NCBI GenBank assembly: GCA_964270895.1
Contig: OZ185452.1
Strand: one strand, 5' to 3'
Origin: Podarcis filfolensis
Lineage: Eukaryota
Length of the DNA: 64,000 bases
Part shown: piece after piece, positions 26,663 to 39,916 of the stretch
How positions within the stretch are numbered: position 1 is the stretch's first letter
Layout of the letters: each line of letters opens with the position of its first letter
The notes under the pieces: generated by a model
What the model saw: the letters and a program-made list of their open reading frames with translations, nothing else
Told to the model about the DNA's origin: nothing
Database searches by the model: none
Position numbers and translations under genes: made by a program

Positions 26663-27266
26663 TATTATTTATGCTTGCAATTGATACCCCAACCTTTCCT
26701 CCAAGCCAAGGGGCTCCAGGTGGTGTACAAAGTTTCTCCCCCCACACTTTATCTTCACCACACCCCTGCGATGCAGGCAAGGCTAAGAGGCAGCGTCCGT
26801 GGCCCAAGGTCACCCGGTGAGCTTCGTGGCTGAGTGGGGATTCGAACCCCGCTCTCCGCCACCTAGGTCAGTACACCACATCGGCATTCTTTCTTCAGAT
26901 ACAACCGGACGCCAACTGGTCTCTCATGGAGCTCAGTTGGCAAAAGCATAAATGAATGAGCGAACAAATAAGCAAACAAATTTCCCACGCTAACGTCACC
27001 CTCACTTCGCGCACCTTCCTTAATCAATTACTTAATGGGCGAGAGAGCTCTCATTGACGCCAGAAGGGCCATGCTAATCTGCAATTGCCAAACATCGCGT
27101 CAATCAACGCCCGATCGCCACCTAGAGAGGGTGGTGGGGTAGAACCCCCCACCCAAGCCGAGATAAGCCCCTTCTTCGCGGACTCTGAAGAAAGCGGTGC
27201 AGGCCGGGGCTTGCCTTCCCTTTCCCTTTCAAACAAGCAATCGCTCTTCATTCATAGAGTTTCATT

Positions 27267-27413
27267 CACAGAACTGTAGAGTTGGAAGGCACCCTGAGGA
27301 TCATGTAGACTAGCCCAACCCCCTGCAATGTAGAAATATAGAGCTGTCCCATACGGGGATCGAACCTGCAACCTTGGCCTTATTACCACCACGCTCTAAC
27401 CAACTGAGCTGTC
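27267..27413 (-). mobile_element. tRNA-derived SINE with CR1-type 3' tail
   Basis: tRNA-like head (agctcagttggttagagcgtggtg..ggttcgatccc) joined to gcattgcagggggttgg..ctagt..ccttccaactctaca. Other copies at about 2733-2855(-), 31335-31435(-) and 45005-45158(+). Confidence 0.7.
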
Positions 27414-27513
27414 CTCTTGTAATGACATTGGGTAGAGGGGTAGGTAGGGTACCTGGATGTGAGGCAAAAGCTCCCCCGTCGCGATTATTTCGTTCAAAAG
27501 AGAGAGAGAGGGA

Positions 27514-27745
27514 GGGAGGCAGTGTAGTGTAGTGGTTAGAGTGCTAGACCACGACCTGAGATACCGGGGTCCTAGTCCTCACACAGCCAGGAAGTTCCTT
27601 GGGTGACCTTGGCCCACAGTCACTTTCTGTCAGCCTACCCTACTTCACAGGGCTGTTGTGAGGATAAGATGGGGAGGAGGAAATGTATGTATACCGCCTC
27701 CAGTTCCTTGGAAGAAAGGCGGAATATAATTCTCATAAGTAAACA
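27514..27745 (+). mobile_element. MIR-like CORE-type SINE
   Basis: gcagtgtagtgtagtggttagagtg...gggtgaccttggcccacagtcac...cagggctgttgtgaggataa. Other copies at about 8181-8318(-), 26665-26885(-), 43665-43870(+), 50860-50965(-) and 63490-63650(+). Confidence 0.7.
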
Positions 27746-28454
27746 AACTAAAGCGAGCCCCGGGATGTTAGGCCCATTCCACTACCCTTCACCAATAGAT
27801 GGGGTGGCTCTTGCTGGGGCAAAGGAAGAAGACGGCTGTCCTGAGCACATGTCACTGAAATGCTCCCTTGTGGGATTCGCTTTTTCTCGCCACCCCTCTG
27901 TGGCCTTCTCCTAGGGCGAGTTTAAGACTGTAACCTCCTGGGGACAGAGGCTTCTCTCCTTTAAAGCAGCGGGGTGGGCGTAACTGGCCCTCCAGATGTT
28001 TGCTGGACTCTAACTTGTCCATCAGCCCCAGGTCAGTGATCAGGGAGAATGGGAGTCAGAATCCAACCACATCCGGAGGACCACAAGATCCCCAACACGG
28101 ATGGCGAAATATTCGTCGAAACTGATAATATTTAGGAGGAAATAGATTCGAGGAGTGGGGGGAGGGAAAGACCAGAAATAACTTTGCCTTTCAGCCATCC
28201 AGGGCTTCGTTCACCCACGGGCACGTCCACACACATACACACCCCGCCACGACCGCAAGATCGAGTGATGGCTTCCACGTGTGAACGGGCCACCACGGAT
28301 CTAACTTCACAGAGAACATGCGTGGCCTCCCCAACCTCACACGCGCTTTCTAAGAGCGTTTGGGACACCCGTTAAACTGTCCAGACTTCAGGCGTCCTGT
28401 GTTGAACGTCGCTGTGGAGCGGGATCTGGCGTTATGAACTGATAGGCTAAACTC

Positions 28455-28489
<35 letters not shown>

Positions 28490-28499
28490 CGCGTGTGTG
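28455..28499. repeat. (GT)n(GC)n alternating purine-pyrimidine tract
   Basis: Direct reading. Confidence 0.95.
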
Positions 28500-31169
28500 A
28501 ACAGCGACTGAAAACAATTCATAAATATTATAACGGATTTCTCTTAAGAGTTCTGGTGGACAAGCAAAAAAGCGGACAACTTCTTTGTTCGTTTTATAGC
28601 TAGCTACGCGGCGAAATCCTGTGCAAGTTTATTAGGAAGTCAGTCCCGCTTTATTCAATGAGGTTCTCTCCTTCAAAGGATGGAGTAGTGGAAAACAGCT
28701 CTCGCCATTCTGTCCCCCTGGCGTCCCGATCCTAAAAAGTTTTCCAGTCCGCAAAAGAGAGATTTAGAAGTGAGGTGTGTCCCCTGGTGAAATAAACCTC
28801 ATACAACTGTGTCCATCAACTGATCTGTCGATTGTGCACGTGCATCGTGGAAGTTTTGGAAGATGCCTTCTTTCCGACGTAGGAGAAAGGGCCGGTGTCT
28901 CCTTTAAAGATGGTGATCGCTGCCTGAAGTTTTGCAAGTACTTAAGATTTTGTTGTTGCTGCTGCTGTCCCAACTCCACCCCGCATCTCTGGTCCGATTT
29001 CTAGGAGCACCCCATTAGTCGGTTCGCTTTAAAACCAGTTTCAAGGCTTTGCGGCTCTGATATTTAGAAGCAAATGCCTCGACCTTCAGTGAAATATACA
29101 AGCGTATAAGGTTGTTAATGCTAAGACCCTCCCGAGTTTCTTTCCAGTAAGATCCTAAACAAAGTAGGGCTTGATCCCTCTTGAGTGAATTTAGGCTGCG
29201 ATCGTAACTCAGATTATCTGGGTGAAAGCCCCGTTTAATTCAGTAAGAGTCCTTTCTGAACAGGCATAGCTAGGATACCCTATATGCACTGAAATCTCAA
29301 GCATACCTGGAAATAAATAAACAAGAGAGCGAAAAATTGCAAGCATGTGGATTGCAAAGATCTGGTCCTTGGGGTCGCTCCCAAACGGTCGCTTATTTCG
29401 GGGTGAGAAGTGAGTCCATAGCTAATGTCCTTCTTTGCGAACGTCGCTTGGGTTATCTCTTTCAAAAGTAGAAAAGGGACTTTTCCAGCTTTAAATTATG
29501 TCTTTATTAAGGGGGGGGGGGGGACGTTGCGCCGACGGCGACCGCTTCTCTCCCTTAGATATTTCAAAAATATCCTCTGCTTCGTGGGGTAGGCGGTTAA
29601 ATTGATTCTTCTATTTTATCTTCACTGGGCAGTTAAAAGCAAGGAGAGTAAACAGAGGCTTGGAGATAAGATAAAGAAAAATGTGTGTGCCCGCAATTTT
29701 GCTCCCGAAGTCTTAATAAACGAGAGCGGCCCTTAAATGTGGACGCGGCGGGGGCGGGATCTTCGCAGATCAGAAGATTAAAGAATCAGAAAAACAAAAC
29801 GAACAACCAGTCTCACCATTAGGGACAGGGTGGAATTCTGTGCAAATTTTCGTGGAAGTAAACAGGCGCGGGGCTGCGCTCGGAGATCCACCGGGCAGGA
29901 TCTGTCCTGCACGCTTTCCCTTAAATCTTCAAGAGACAAAAGTACAAGAGCCTATCCGCTCCCTCAAATGAAACTCCAGAACTCAAGCCCGGTGGTTTTC
30001 GGGGATCCCTGGCACCCCGAGTCAAGTCGCCCGGAAATAAGGACTCGAGGTTGATCTATTTATTTGACCCAGTCAGGAATCTTTACTCCCCCATCTAGCC
30101 AAGATTTACATCTTTTAAAATCCCATAGATTTAAAATGACCGAATTAAAACAGGCGCTTGAATCACCAGCTGAGACTTAAAAGCGTTGAAATTCGCTGGA
30201 TCGCTCCCTCTACCGCTGCTTAAACGCCACCCCATCCGAGGAGAGCGTTTTCCAAAATAGGATTATTCTTCCCAAGAGGCTGGTTTCAAATCTACGGAGG
30301 GATTTAGCTAGCCAGCTCTCTACCAACCCCGAATCAAAGTTACCCAAACGGGTCCACTGCCCACATGAATACTCGATCTCCCTGCGCTGGACAGAGGGAT
30401 CGCCCCCTAGTTTAGAACTGGGTTCAAGGTGGACGCTTCTACTAGATTTCCTTCGAAAGTTCCAGGAAAGAAAGAAAGTTTATTTCCCATTCGATTGTTG
30501 TAAACCGTCTAGGGCACGTTCTCCCGCCAAGGCCGCATATATGAATTTCTAATAAAAGCACTCTTAAGGTCAATCATCATTTCTCAGAATTTCCATTATT
30601 ATCGTTACGGATATTTCATAATTCATTTATTTGTGAGAAGTCAATCACCAGAATTTTCAGTGAAAAATAATTAATAAAGAAAAACCAAGCAAAACAAAAT
30701 AAAAAAAACGGGGCGGCGGTCAATGATTTCAATTGCACGTTCCCATCCTGGGATTCCGGAGATGAGACCCGATTTTAGGTTTGTGTATTCGAAAGTAGGT
30801 CCCTTTCGGTTTAATAGGACTTAATCCCAAGTGAGGATTGAATAGGATTGTGTCCTAGACACTTCCCTTTTTCTAAAAGGGTAAAAAGAAATGGACAAAT
30901 TTGTATGTGTGACATAGAAAGCGAGGGGAAGAGAATGAGATTCTCTTCCCCCACCACGACCAACATGCGGATTATTATTCTTATTTTGGGATTGAGAATA
31001 TACCCGGTTACAATGAGTTATTATTACTGCACCATGAGTGCACGGAGCGCCTCATATTTTTATTATTTCATTCATTAAATTTGTTAGTCTTTATCTTGCC
31101 CAAGGCAACCCAAAGCGACAATAATAACCATAATGTTATTATTTATACCTCTCTCCCTTCTACGGGGGA

Positions 31170-31325
31170 AGGGCGGTAGCTCTGCGGTAGAGGATCTGCT
31201 TTGCATGCAGAAGGTCCTGGGTTCAGTTCCCAATGGTAGGGCTGGGAACAGCCCCTCTGCCTGAAGCTCTCTGGAAAACCACTGTAGACCATACCGGGCT
31301 GCAGGGACCAATGGGCTGACTCAGT
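31170..31325 (+). mobile_element. Squam3-like SINE
   Basis: ggtagctctgcggtagaggatctgctttgcatgcagaaggtcc head. Further degenerate copies near 25720-25860, 33735-33870 and 35600-35700. Confidence 0.7.
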
Positions 31326-34300
31326 GCACGTTCATAGAACTGTAGCGTTGGAAGGAACCACCAACGCCAACCCTTTGCAATCTTCTCCAACCCACAGCCC
31401 TGAGATTAAGAGTCTCATGCTCTACCAACTGGAGCTGACTAATTTAAAAGAGTCCATCTGTCCATAGGAACCACCACAGAATATATTAAGCTGTATTCCT
31501 TGGAATACAAAAGTTAGGTTTTGAATATATTCAAGATCGGGCCTTCGAACCTGGCTATGAATTTCGGCTATAAATCTCGCCCAATTCCTCTCTTCTGGAA
31601 CTTGTAATGGCGCCCCTAGCGTCCGCGAGCGAGAGGTGCGGGAACTTCAGGAGCACGACCGTGGCTCTTTTTCCCCACCAGCCAGAGTTTTGTCAACATT
31701 TCCCACTGAGTAATCGCTGCTACCCAAAGCCAAGCAAGCTAACAAGCCAAACACCAAAACACTCTTTGATTCCAGTGCTTGCTTGTTTATTTTTTAATAT
31801 CTCTGCCGCAGGCCAGCCAGGTTACTAGTCCTCTCGACAATATTGATTTGCTGTTGGTTTGGGTTTTTGTTTTTGTTTTTTTGTTTTGGCTTTTTCTTCT
31901 CCTCCTCCTCTCTCTCCATCTTATTAAAAGCGCACTCAACAAGGGATTGTTTGGGGTCCCCCCGAGTCGCTGGTGGTTTGGGGAGGGTTTGTTTTTAATA
32001 GGCCGGGGGAACAAGACGGAACACATGTTAAGTTTAAGCAGGTTCATTGAATCACGGTAAATCAAATAAAGTTTACGACTTCAGCAGGAAATGCGGGGCA
32101 AATGAGGAGGGGGAGGAGAGAGCGTGGGGGCGGAGAGAATCCCCCCCCTCGCAAAGTCAGAGCAAGCTGAGGGGAGGGGAGGCTGCTGGGGGGTGCTAGG
32201 GGTTTTCTGTGTCCCCCCTTCATCTTCTCCCTGGAGCATTCTAGAGGATAAAAGACCCCGGACCCTCACTGGCGGCTTTCGCTTGGCGCCCGGAGGAGTG
32301 TTCTCAATCATTTGTCCATAAGTCCAGCCCACATCAGGAAAAATTTAATCACTAGAAAGCCAGACCCAGCAGCTTAAAAGGGAAATCGCCATTTCCCCCT
32401 CCCCCTCCTCTTCTGCTCTTCCCCTCCCTCCCCCACCCCACCCCTCCGGTCCTGGAATGGCCAACACTTTTGCTAGACAGGCCAAGATTTTTGGTGGGCT
32501 GAAATCTGAGGAAGAGAGCCCCCCTGCCTCGGCGCACTTTACAAATAATATACACAAGAAATTGCAAAAAGCTTTAGTCTGCATATTGGAACAACGCTGG
32601 CCTCGATCTGCCTATATAATAAGAAGCTAATAACGTCGGCATTTGCAGATAATCGTCGTCATAAAGCTGCTCCCCCACGAACATTTAAAACAAAAAGAGT
32701 TCCCAGAAATCTCGTCCAAACTTCGAGAACTGCCTCCCCACTTCCATCGACTTGGCCTTTGCGCTCCCCCAAGTCGTGGTTCAAAGACATAACCGAGGTC
32801 CTGTTTGTGCACCAAAAACACACACACGCTCCCCGCGCTCCCGGTTAGTCGCGGAGAAAATTTGCTGCCTGGAGCAATATTTCTGTATTAATGTGGGAAA
32901 TCCGTAAAAATGTTCTTCCTTATGGTCAAAAAGCAAATGTAGTAGCCCTGGTAGACGGGAATCCAAATTAGGACTATGGGTGAGTTTTCATTTTGGTCTT
33001 GCTCAAGAATTGATGCATTGGAATTAATCAGTTTCAGCGGTTCTGCTTTGATATGACGGTTGAGCTATCAGGCGAGCAAAATGACTGAGTAAGCTTTCAC
33101 GTTGTCCAGAGTCTTCACCATCCCAAACTATGGCTTTAGGAACACAAAATGCATCTCTCTCTCTCTTGCACAAGCGCACACAGTTACTAAACATCCAAGT
33201 ATTCCCCTATGTGAATAAAGCTGGTTTGAGCACCTTGTTTTTGTTTGTTTGTTTGTTTGTTTGTTTCAGAGTTTTTATAGGACGCCTTTCCTCCGGACTG
33301 GAGCACGGGGCGGCTTTCCAGACCCAGCGCAAGAGAAGCACAGCAATCACACCAAAGTAAAATGGTGCACGCATTATACAAATCAGCAACCGTTAGTAAC
33401 AGCGCGATCCTAAACATGTCTACTCGGAAGTTCAGTGGGGCACCCCCCTCGTAAAGTGGGGTGAAGATCGCAGCCTAAACCTCAGTTCCAGCCATCAGCA
33501 TCATCGAATTCCAGAAGCCCAGATAAATAAATATGCTTACACCTGTCCTGGAAATGTGATAATGGGGGGGGGGCATTGTCCTATCTTAGTCTGGAGGGAA
33601 TTTGAGCGATTTCTTAGACTCACAAATCTGTCTTCCTTTTGGAAAACGTGCAAGCGAAATCCCACGCGCGTTTTCACAGGAAGCAAATTTCACTCTAGGA
33701 ACAAATTTATACTGAGTCGGAACTTTGGTGCATCTAGTTCTGACTGGCAGCAGCTCTCCGGGGTTTCAGATAGGGGTCCTCTCCCAGCCCTACCTGGAGA
33801 TGCCATCGGGGGTTTGAACTTGGGACCTTCTGCATGCAAAAGAGATGCTCTTCCATCCACCTGGAAGCAAGTTCCCAAGTCCTTGTACTGCGACCTCAGG
33901 ACGCATTTCTGAGGAAAGGCTCCTGGACCGTCTCTCAGGTCAAGGCTGACAGTTTTTGGCACCCATACTTATTTGCTCGCGGGAGAAACACGTGGCTCCC
34001 TCTCTTCCTAACCCTTGAACTGGAGTTTCTGCCTTCCGATTCTTAACATAAGGTCGAGGAGGCCAAAGTGAGCACTTTTATTTACGGAAAATTAGTAGGA
34101 CTCGACTGAGCGGCGGGGACAGGGGGCTGTATTGGCGAGAGGTCAATTAACTGAATCGAAGGGGTGCGCTTTCATATAGTGTCTAGGACCCAAGGGCACG
34201 ATGACGGGGTGGTGAAAAAAATCTGGATCGTTCCCTAAAAACTACACAAAGCAGGAATAGCCAGACTGCAGAAATCTTGCAAATTTTCATTGTGCATAAA

Positions 34301-37300
34301 ATGATCCTTTTATTTATGAAGCTATTGGGCACGGGGGGGGGGGCTGGCGTTTTCAGGCAGTATTCTTCGTTATTGCTCAGTAAGCTGCGCATTAGAGACT
34401 TTTAAACATATATCACATTGCATTTATGGTTTAGTCCGTTAAACATTTTCGGGTATAGGGTCTCCCCCCGCGTTTTCCATGGATTTAAGATGGTATCACT
34501 GGGGTGCGCACACACACACACCCCGCATTTGTGAATTGGGAGACGGGAATTCCTCTCTTAGTTACACAAAATAAATTGGATTTTTGTCTGCTGGGGGCAA
34601 ATCGTGGGTGGTAAATTGGAATGTATCGCTGGAAATAAAATTGGATCTAGAATCCCTGGGAGCGATCTAAGGCGAACAAGCCAGCGGGGAGTTCTCCTGC
34701 GCAAGCTTTACTGAAGTGAACTGGCAGCTCCTCTCCCTTTTCCAAATAGGACTTGCGCAGCAGAACGTCTCGGGCAGATTGGGCCCAACTTATTTAGGAC
34801 GGGCTTTTTATATGTCTTTCATTTGCAAAGGGGAATCAGCAGCCTCTCATGTTGTCCTGAACAGAAATCCTGAACCCACCGACATTTCGTGCTAATTTGC
34901 ATTTCCCTCGTGGTGCTGCTGTTGTTCTTGCTGGTATAATTTGTGTTTCTTTTATATACTGCAAGTCCCCAGTCCGACCCAGAACTAATTTAAATAGGGA
35001 AATTGTTTCTAAGCAACGAATAAAATAATATTGCCCCCAATCCAATAAATAACGCTTGGCACTGGTGCAGCTAACATCCCCAAAGCGCTCCTTAAAAAAC
35101 CCCGGTATGGTAGGCAATATTATCACCGCACACACACAAATATACCCCCCTAATGCAGACAGCGAGCAGAACCTGCATAAGGACACCTGCCAATATGTGT
35201 GTGTAATATGCAATATTACATATGTAATAATAGTACATATGCAACAATGTGTGTAATATATAATGTTATACTGAGGAGTTCAAGGCAGCATCCATGAGTC
35301 GCTCTCTCTTTTTATCCTCATAACACTCCTGCGAGGTGGGGTAGAGGAAAGAGAGAGAGAAGGAGGGGAAGAGATCGGTCCAAGATCCCCTCACTGAGTT
35401 AAGTCATAGCCCAGAGGAAGACTGGAACCCCTCTCTCCACTTTTCCACTGCCTCCTAGCGGGACTCCAACCGCGTTCAAGAGGTATTGTAGTTTAAGCGC
35501 AACTGAGGTCAAGGCAAATAAATGCAGAACTTAGTGGGACCTGCATCCCAGTAAGCATGGCTAGGGGCTCTGCAGTTCACAGAACTCTGCCGCTCTGGCT
35601 AAGTGTTTCCTACACTGATTGCCAACGCCTGCCCAGGGTTTCAGGCAGGTGTCTTTTTCCGGGCCTACTGAGGATTTGAACCCAGAACCTCCAGCATGAA
35701 AAACCTCCGAGACCTTCCCCACAACTTGTGTTTTCTGCGACCCAAGAATTCGATGCAGTGGGGAGATGGGAGAAAAGAACAGAACCTACGGCGCTTTAGA
35801 CAAACCTGTGCCTTATGGGGGTAACCTGCCTCGCTGATCACAGCATTAGGATCGGGCGCAAAAGTGGCGCAGATGACGCTCAAACGGGAGAATGGGAACT
35901 TTGGCTACTACAAATCACACACACACACCGTCTGTTAAAAAAAGCAAACCCGAGGGCGTCGCTCACACCCAAAATATAGTGCAATTCTGGCAAATCTCAA
36001 ATGCTGACATTCTCTTATTCTCCCCGCTACACACAACACGTACAATGTTTCATCGACGGGACGGGAGCCTTCTGGAAAGTTTCCCCTCTCCACTCCGTCC
36101 AGGGGACAAAAATTCAAATTACAACCCAAAATTCAAGAGCAAGCCACGTCTTTCTTCCTTGTCCCCTCCTCACATCGCCCCATGCTGCCTGCCCCATTTT
36201 CCTGCTTCCAGTTAAACCGGCTCCCGGCCGCCCCGACGGGGATGCTGCGGCCTCTCCGGGTCGGTTTGTAATCATATTCCTGAAGGGAAACGCGAGTCTG
36301 GTTCTAAATGAGTTCTACATACCTATCAACAGCTGGCTTTGCCCGAGCACCGCATAAAGGCATGTGTGTGTGTGTGTGTCTTGGGAGGGTGGAAAGATCT
36401 TGCAAAGGTCATAAACCTGACTGACACGTAGCAATATTTAAGGGCCTAATTTGAACGAGCCTAATGTGGCCCGTTGATCCCAATGACGACAGTCGGGGTT
36501 CCTATTAGTTTCATAATTGCTGATCGCCGAATGTTGCTTATTTATATGCGAAATAAGCAGGGAGGGGGGGCAGGTCGCAGCCTGGGGTTGCTAATTTTGG
36601 AAAAGAATTTTCTGAGGCCTTCCAGGAAAGCTGAAAGGGGGTGGGGAGGACCCAGAGAGCAGGCTAGTCTAGCGGGCGAGCTCGCAGAGGCGTTTTAAAG
36701 CGTCTCCCTTCTCACAGAGCAAGAAAGAGGCTAGGTCTCCGGGTGCATAAAAGTTGCTAAGACACCCGGAAGTCAAAAACTTTAGACCCTCATAGTTAGC
36801 CTGTCTGTCTCTTTCTCCACCCTCACCCTGAAGCCCTGGTTGGGCGAGGCTTTGCTCTATTCCATTCCTTGTTTGCAGATTTTATGGGTTGAACGCGTTT
36901 CCACCCGGAGTAAAGTGGCCGAGCGCAGTTGCCACTGAAAAGCGACGGGGGCTTAGACGAAGTCACAGCGAAACTCGTCGCCTCATCATGGGTTTTTATT
37001 AGGACCAAGGCTCAATTCACATCGCCTGAACCCAGCCCAGGGGTCCTTATTTATATAGCGTCCTCGCTGCGCCTGGAGCTTGATGAACAGGACGACGAGG
37101 AGGAAAGACAAGCGTTCAGGAAGGCAGGTCTTTGCCCTGAGGCGTTTACAAACTGAAACTGGCAGGGACATCGGGTTCTGGAGCTAAACTCTGGAGAGAT
37201 CCAGCTCCCACCATACCAGCATGGAGTCCACAAGATCCCCAAACCCACAAGGTGAAGGGGAAACCCACCTCCCGCAGAGATCTACTGGCATATGCCAAAA

Positions 37301-37602
37301 TACGCTATACTGGTATCCATCCATCCATCCATCCATCTATCTGTCCTCTTTAAACAGGATACAACATAAAAGCAGTCGCCTATGGAAAGTGCTCAAGTTT
37401 TTGGTTTTTTGTTTAAAATACCCCCCAGTTCAAAGTCACAAGCTGCCCACATTTGGCGCGGGGGAGAGGGGAACTGATTTGATCCCTGTCAGAGAAATAG
37501 CATACCCGGAAATCTAAGGTTTCCGGTCAACTGCCCCCGCCCCCCACCCCCCAAAAAATCTTCACTATCACCCAAATTATTAGGGATCTCGGCGGTCTAC
37601 AG

Positions 37603-37738
37603 CAGGCATAGGCAAACTCGGCCCTCCAGATGTTTTGGGACTACAACTCCCAGCATCCCTAGCTAACAGGACCAGCGGTCAGGGATTATGGGAGTTGTAG
37701 TCCCAAAACATCTGGAGGGCCAAGTTTGCCTATGCCTG
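37603..37738. mobile_element. hAT (Buster/Charlie-type) palindromic MITE, 136 bp
   Basis: Long TIRs caggcataggcaaact / agtttgcctatgcctg; 8-bp TSD gtctacag/gtccacag. Confidence 0.92.
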
Positions 37739-39428
37739 GTCCACAGGGATAAAATGGCAGCGGCGATCGAATGACTGGTAAAATAATTATCTAGCTCTTC
37801 AGGGTTGAACAGTAGCCCCCGATGGAAGAGTTTCTCTCGCCAATGAGAGTCGTCCAAAAGCAAAGTTTAAGGAAGTTTGTCGACATTTTTTCCTTCCTTC
37901 TTAAATCGATATGGGCCGTGCTTGAGGGGAAAGGGGCTACGTTAGCTGAGCCAGAGATCATAAGAAGAGTAGCTCGATTTTATTTTCCTGTCCTCAACGT
38001 GCTGTAGTTTGCACGACGGATGTCCTCAACACCATTCAAGACCACTCTGAAATGAAACCGGCGCGGGGATTAATTCTCTCATGCTTCCAGCAACTAAGAG
38101 GAAGGTCCTAGAGAGGATCGGGGTGTTAGCAGTTTGATTGCTTTTTAAAAATAGTTTCTGGTTGTGGTACTCGGTCGAAGTGGAAGGAAAGGGCATTCCA
38201 AGACTTACTGGAATAGATATTTAGAAGGAGGCAAAAATGGGTTGTCCGTCTACTGAAAATAAAAAGGAGATGAGAATAACTGCTTGCTCAAGATTTGCAT
38301 TCTAACGAATCACTAACACAACGACAATATACTGTAAATGACTTTTTAAAAAATCATTTCAAGCTCCAAAACGCTTTTGCTGAACCACAAGGGGTGTGAA
38401 AACAGGGAGACACAAGACTGCAAACCGTTGTGCTCCAGCGGTCTGCATTCATACTGGTCGAGGATTCGAAGGGGGTCCGAGGGCAATTTGTTTAAACTTG
38501 GATTTTGCAGGGATTAAAATTACAGCAATTTCTAAGTGCCAAGCAGGCCAGCTGAAGTGCCTGACCAATCAGGCGTTGTATACTGATTTATTTATATACA
38601 CACACTGCTTTCACACACAATATTTTATAGACACACAGTTCCCCCTCTCCTTCTCCCCCTGAAAACCGGGCCATTCCCCCCCCCCCTTTGCTGGTTTTAA
38701 TGCTGCTCTGTTGTTTCAAGCCATTTGATTTAAACCTGTGGGTACCTGTGCGTGGTTGGTGCAGCTTTATGTGTTGATAAAGCTTCACAACTGGATAATG
38801 GGCATATAGGAATGATATTCTCCATGCATAAATAGCCATTCATTCATTCATTCATTCATCTGGCGAGAATCTACCTTTCCCAAAAAGACTTTGAAACCAG
38901 TTTCTGAAAAGTTTCCAACAATCACTTAAGGGGCCTAGCTGGGTCCCTGTCAGCCCAACCTATATGTGTCTTACTTGGAGGAGAAAGCTCAACTCTTCTC
39001 TTTTTAGGTCTCATCTGGGCTTCCTTCCGAGTAAACATGCACAGGTTGGGGCTGCTGCAGATCTCAATTATTTCCTCCACCACATACTTCCAAGGCCTTG
39101 GGATGACATTGCTATCAACTGCATGGAGGCCGTAGGAAAAGGTGCAGGATAAACATGTTTGAGACAGACAGAGATGATCTGGTTGGCTTCCTGGGCTTGG
39201 ACTTTCTAAAAGCTTTTGAAAAAGACCTCAGGAAGGATTCCCGAGTAAGCTTAGGAGTCATAGGATAAGAAGAGAAGTCAGGAATTTGGTTAGGTAATGG
39301 GAAGCCGAGAGTAGGAATAAATGGAGTTCTCCTGTGCTTTTCAACTTGATCACGAACAATTTAAGAGTTAGGTGTAACCAGTGCACCACACTTCCTCTCT
39401 CTTTAAATCCATGGTGTAAATGTGGCCT

Positions 39429-39916
39429 CAGCATCTTAAAAAGCAGAGACATCACCTTGCCAACAAAGGTCCGTATAGTTAAAGCTATGGTTTTCCCAGT
39501 AGTGATGTATGGAAGTGAGAGCTGGACCATAAAGAAGGCTGATCACCAAAGAATTGATGCTTTTGAATTACGGTGCTGGAGGAGACTCTTGAGAGTCCCA
39601 TGGACTGCAAGAAGATCAAACCTATCTGTTCTTAAGGAAATCAGCCCTGAGTGCTCACTGGAAGGACAGATCCTGAAGCTGAGGCTCCAATACTTTGGCC
39701 ACCTCATGAGAAGAGAAGACTCCCTGGAAAAGACCCTGATGCTGGGAAAGATTGAGGGCACAAGGAGAAGGGGACGACAGAGGATGAGATGGTTGGACAG
39801 TGTTCTCGAGTTTGATCAAACTGCAAGAGGCAGTGGAAGACAGGAGTGCCTGGCATGCTCTGGTCTATGGGGTCACGAAGAGTCGGCCACGACTAAACGA
39901 CTAAACAACACAAAAA
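39429..39916 (+). mobile_element. Bov-B (RTE clade) LINE, 5'-truncated 3' end
   Basis: Encodes ILKSRDITLPTKVRIVKAMVFPVVMYGSESWTIKKA...RRRGRQRMRWLD (RTE ORF C-terminus) with a ctaaacaac tail. TSD aaatgtggcct at 39418-39428 and 39917-39927. Confidence 0.95.

Noticed and set aside
27340-27413. tRNA genes (also 1780-1843, 31170-31240, 45005-45075)
   Set aside because: They are SINE heads continuing into SINE bodies, without a complete cloverleaf.
20300-38700. Defined exons of a TBX5-AS1-like lncRNA
   Set aside because: Plausible from human annotation but not definable from sequence alone.
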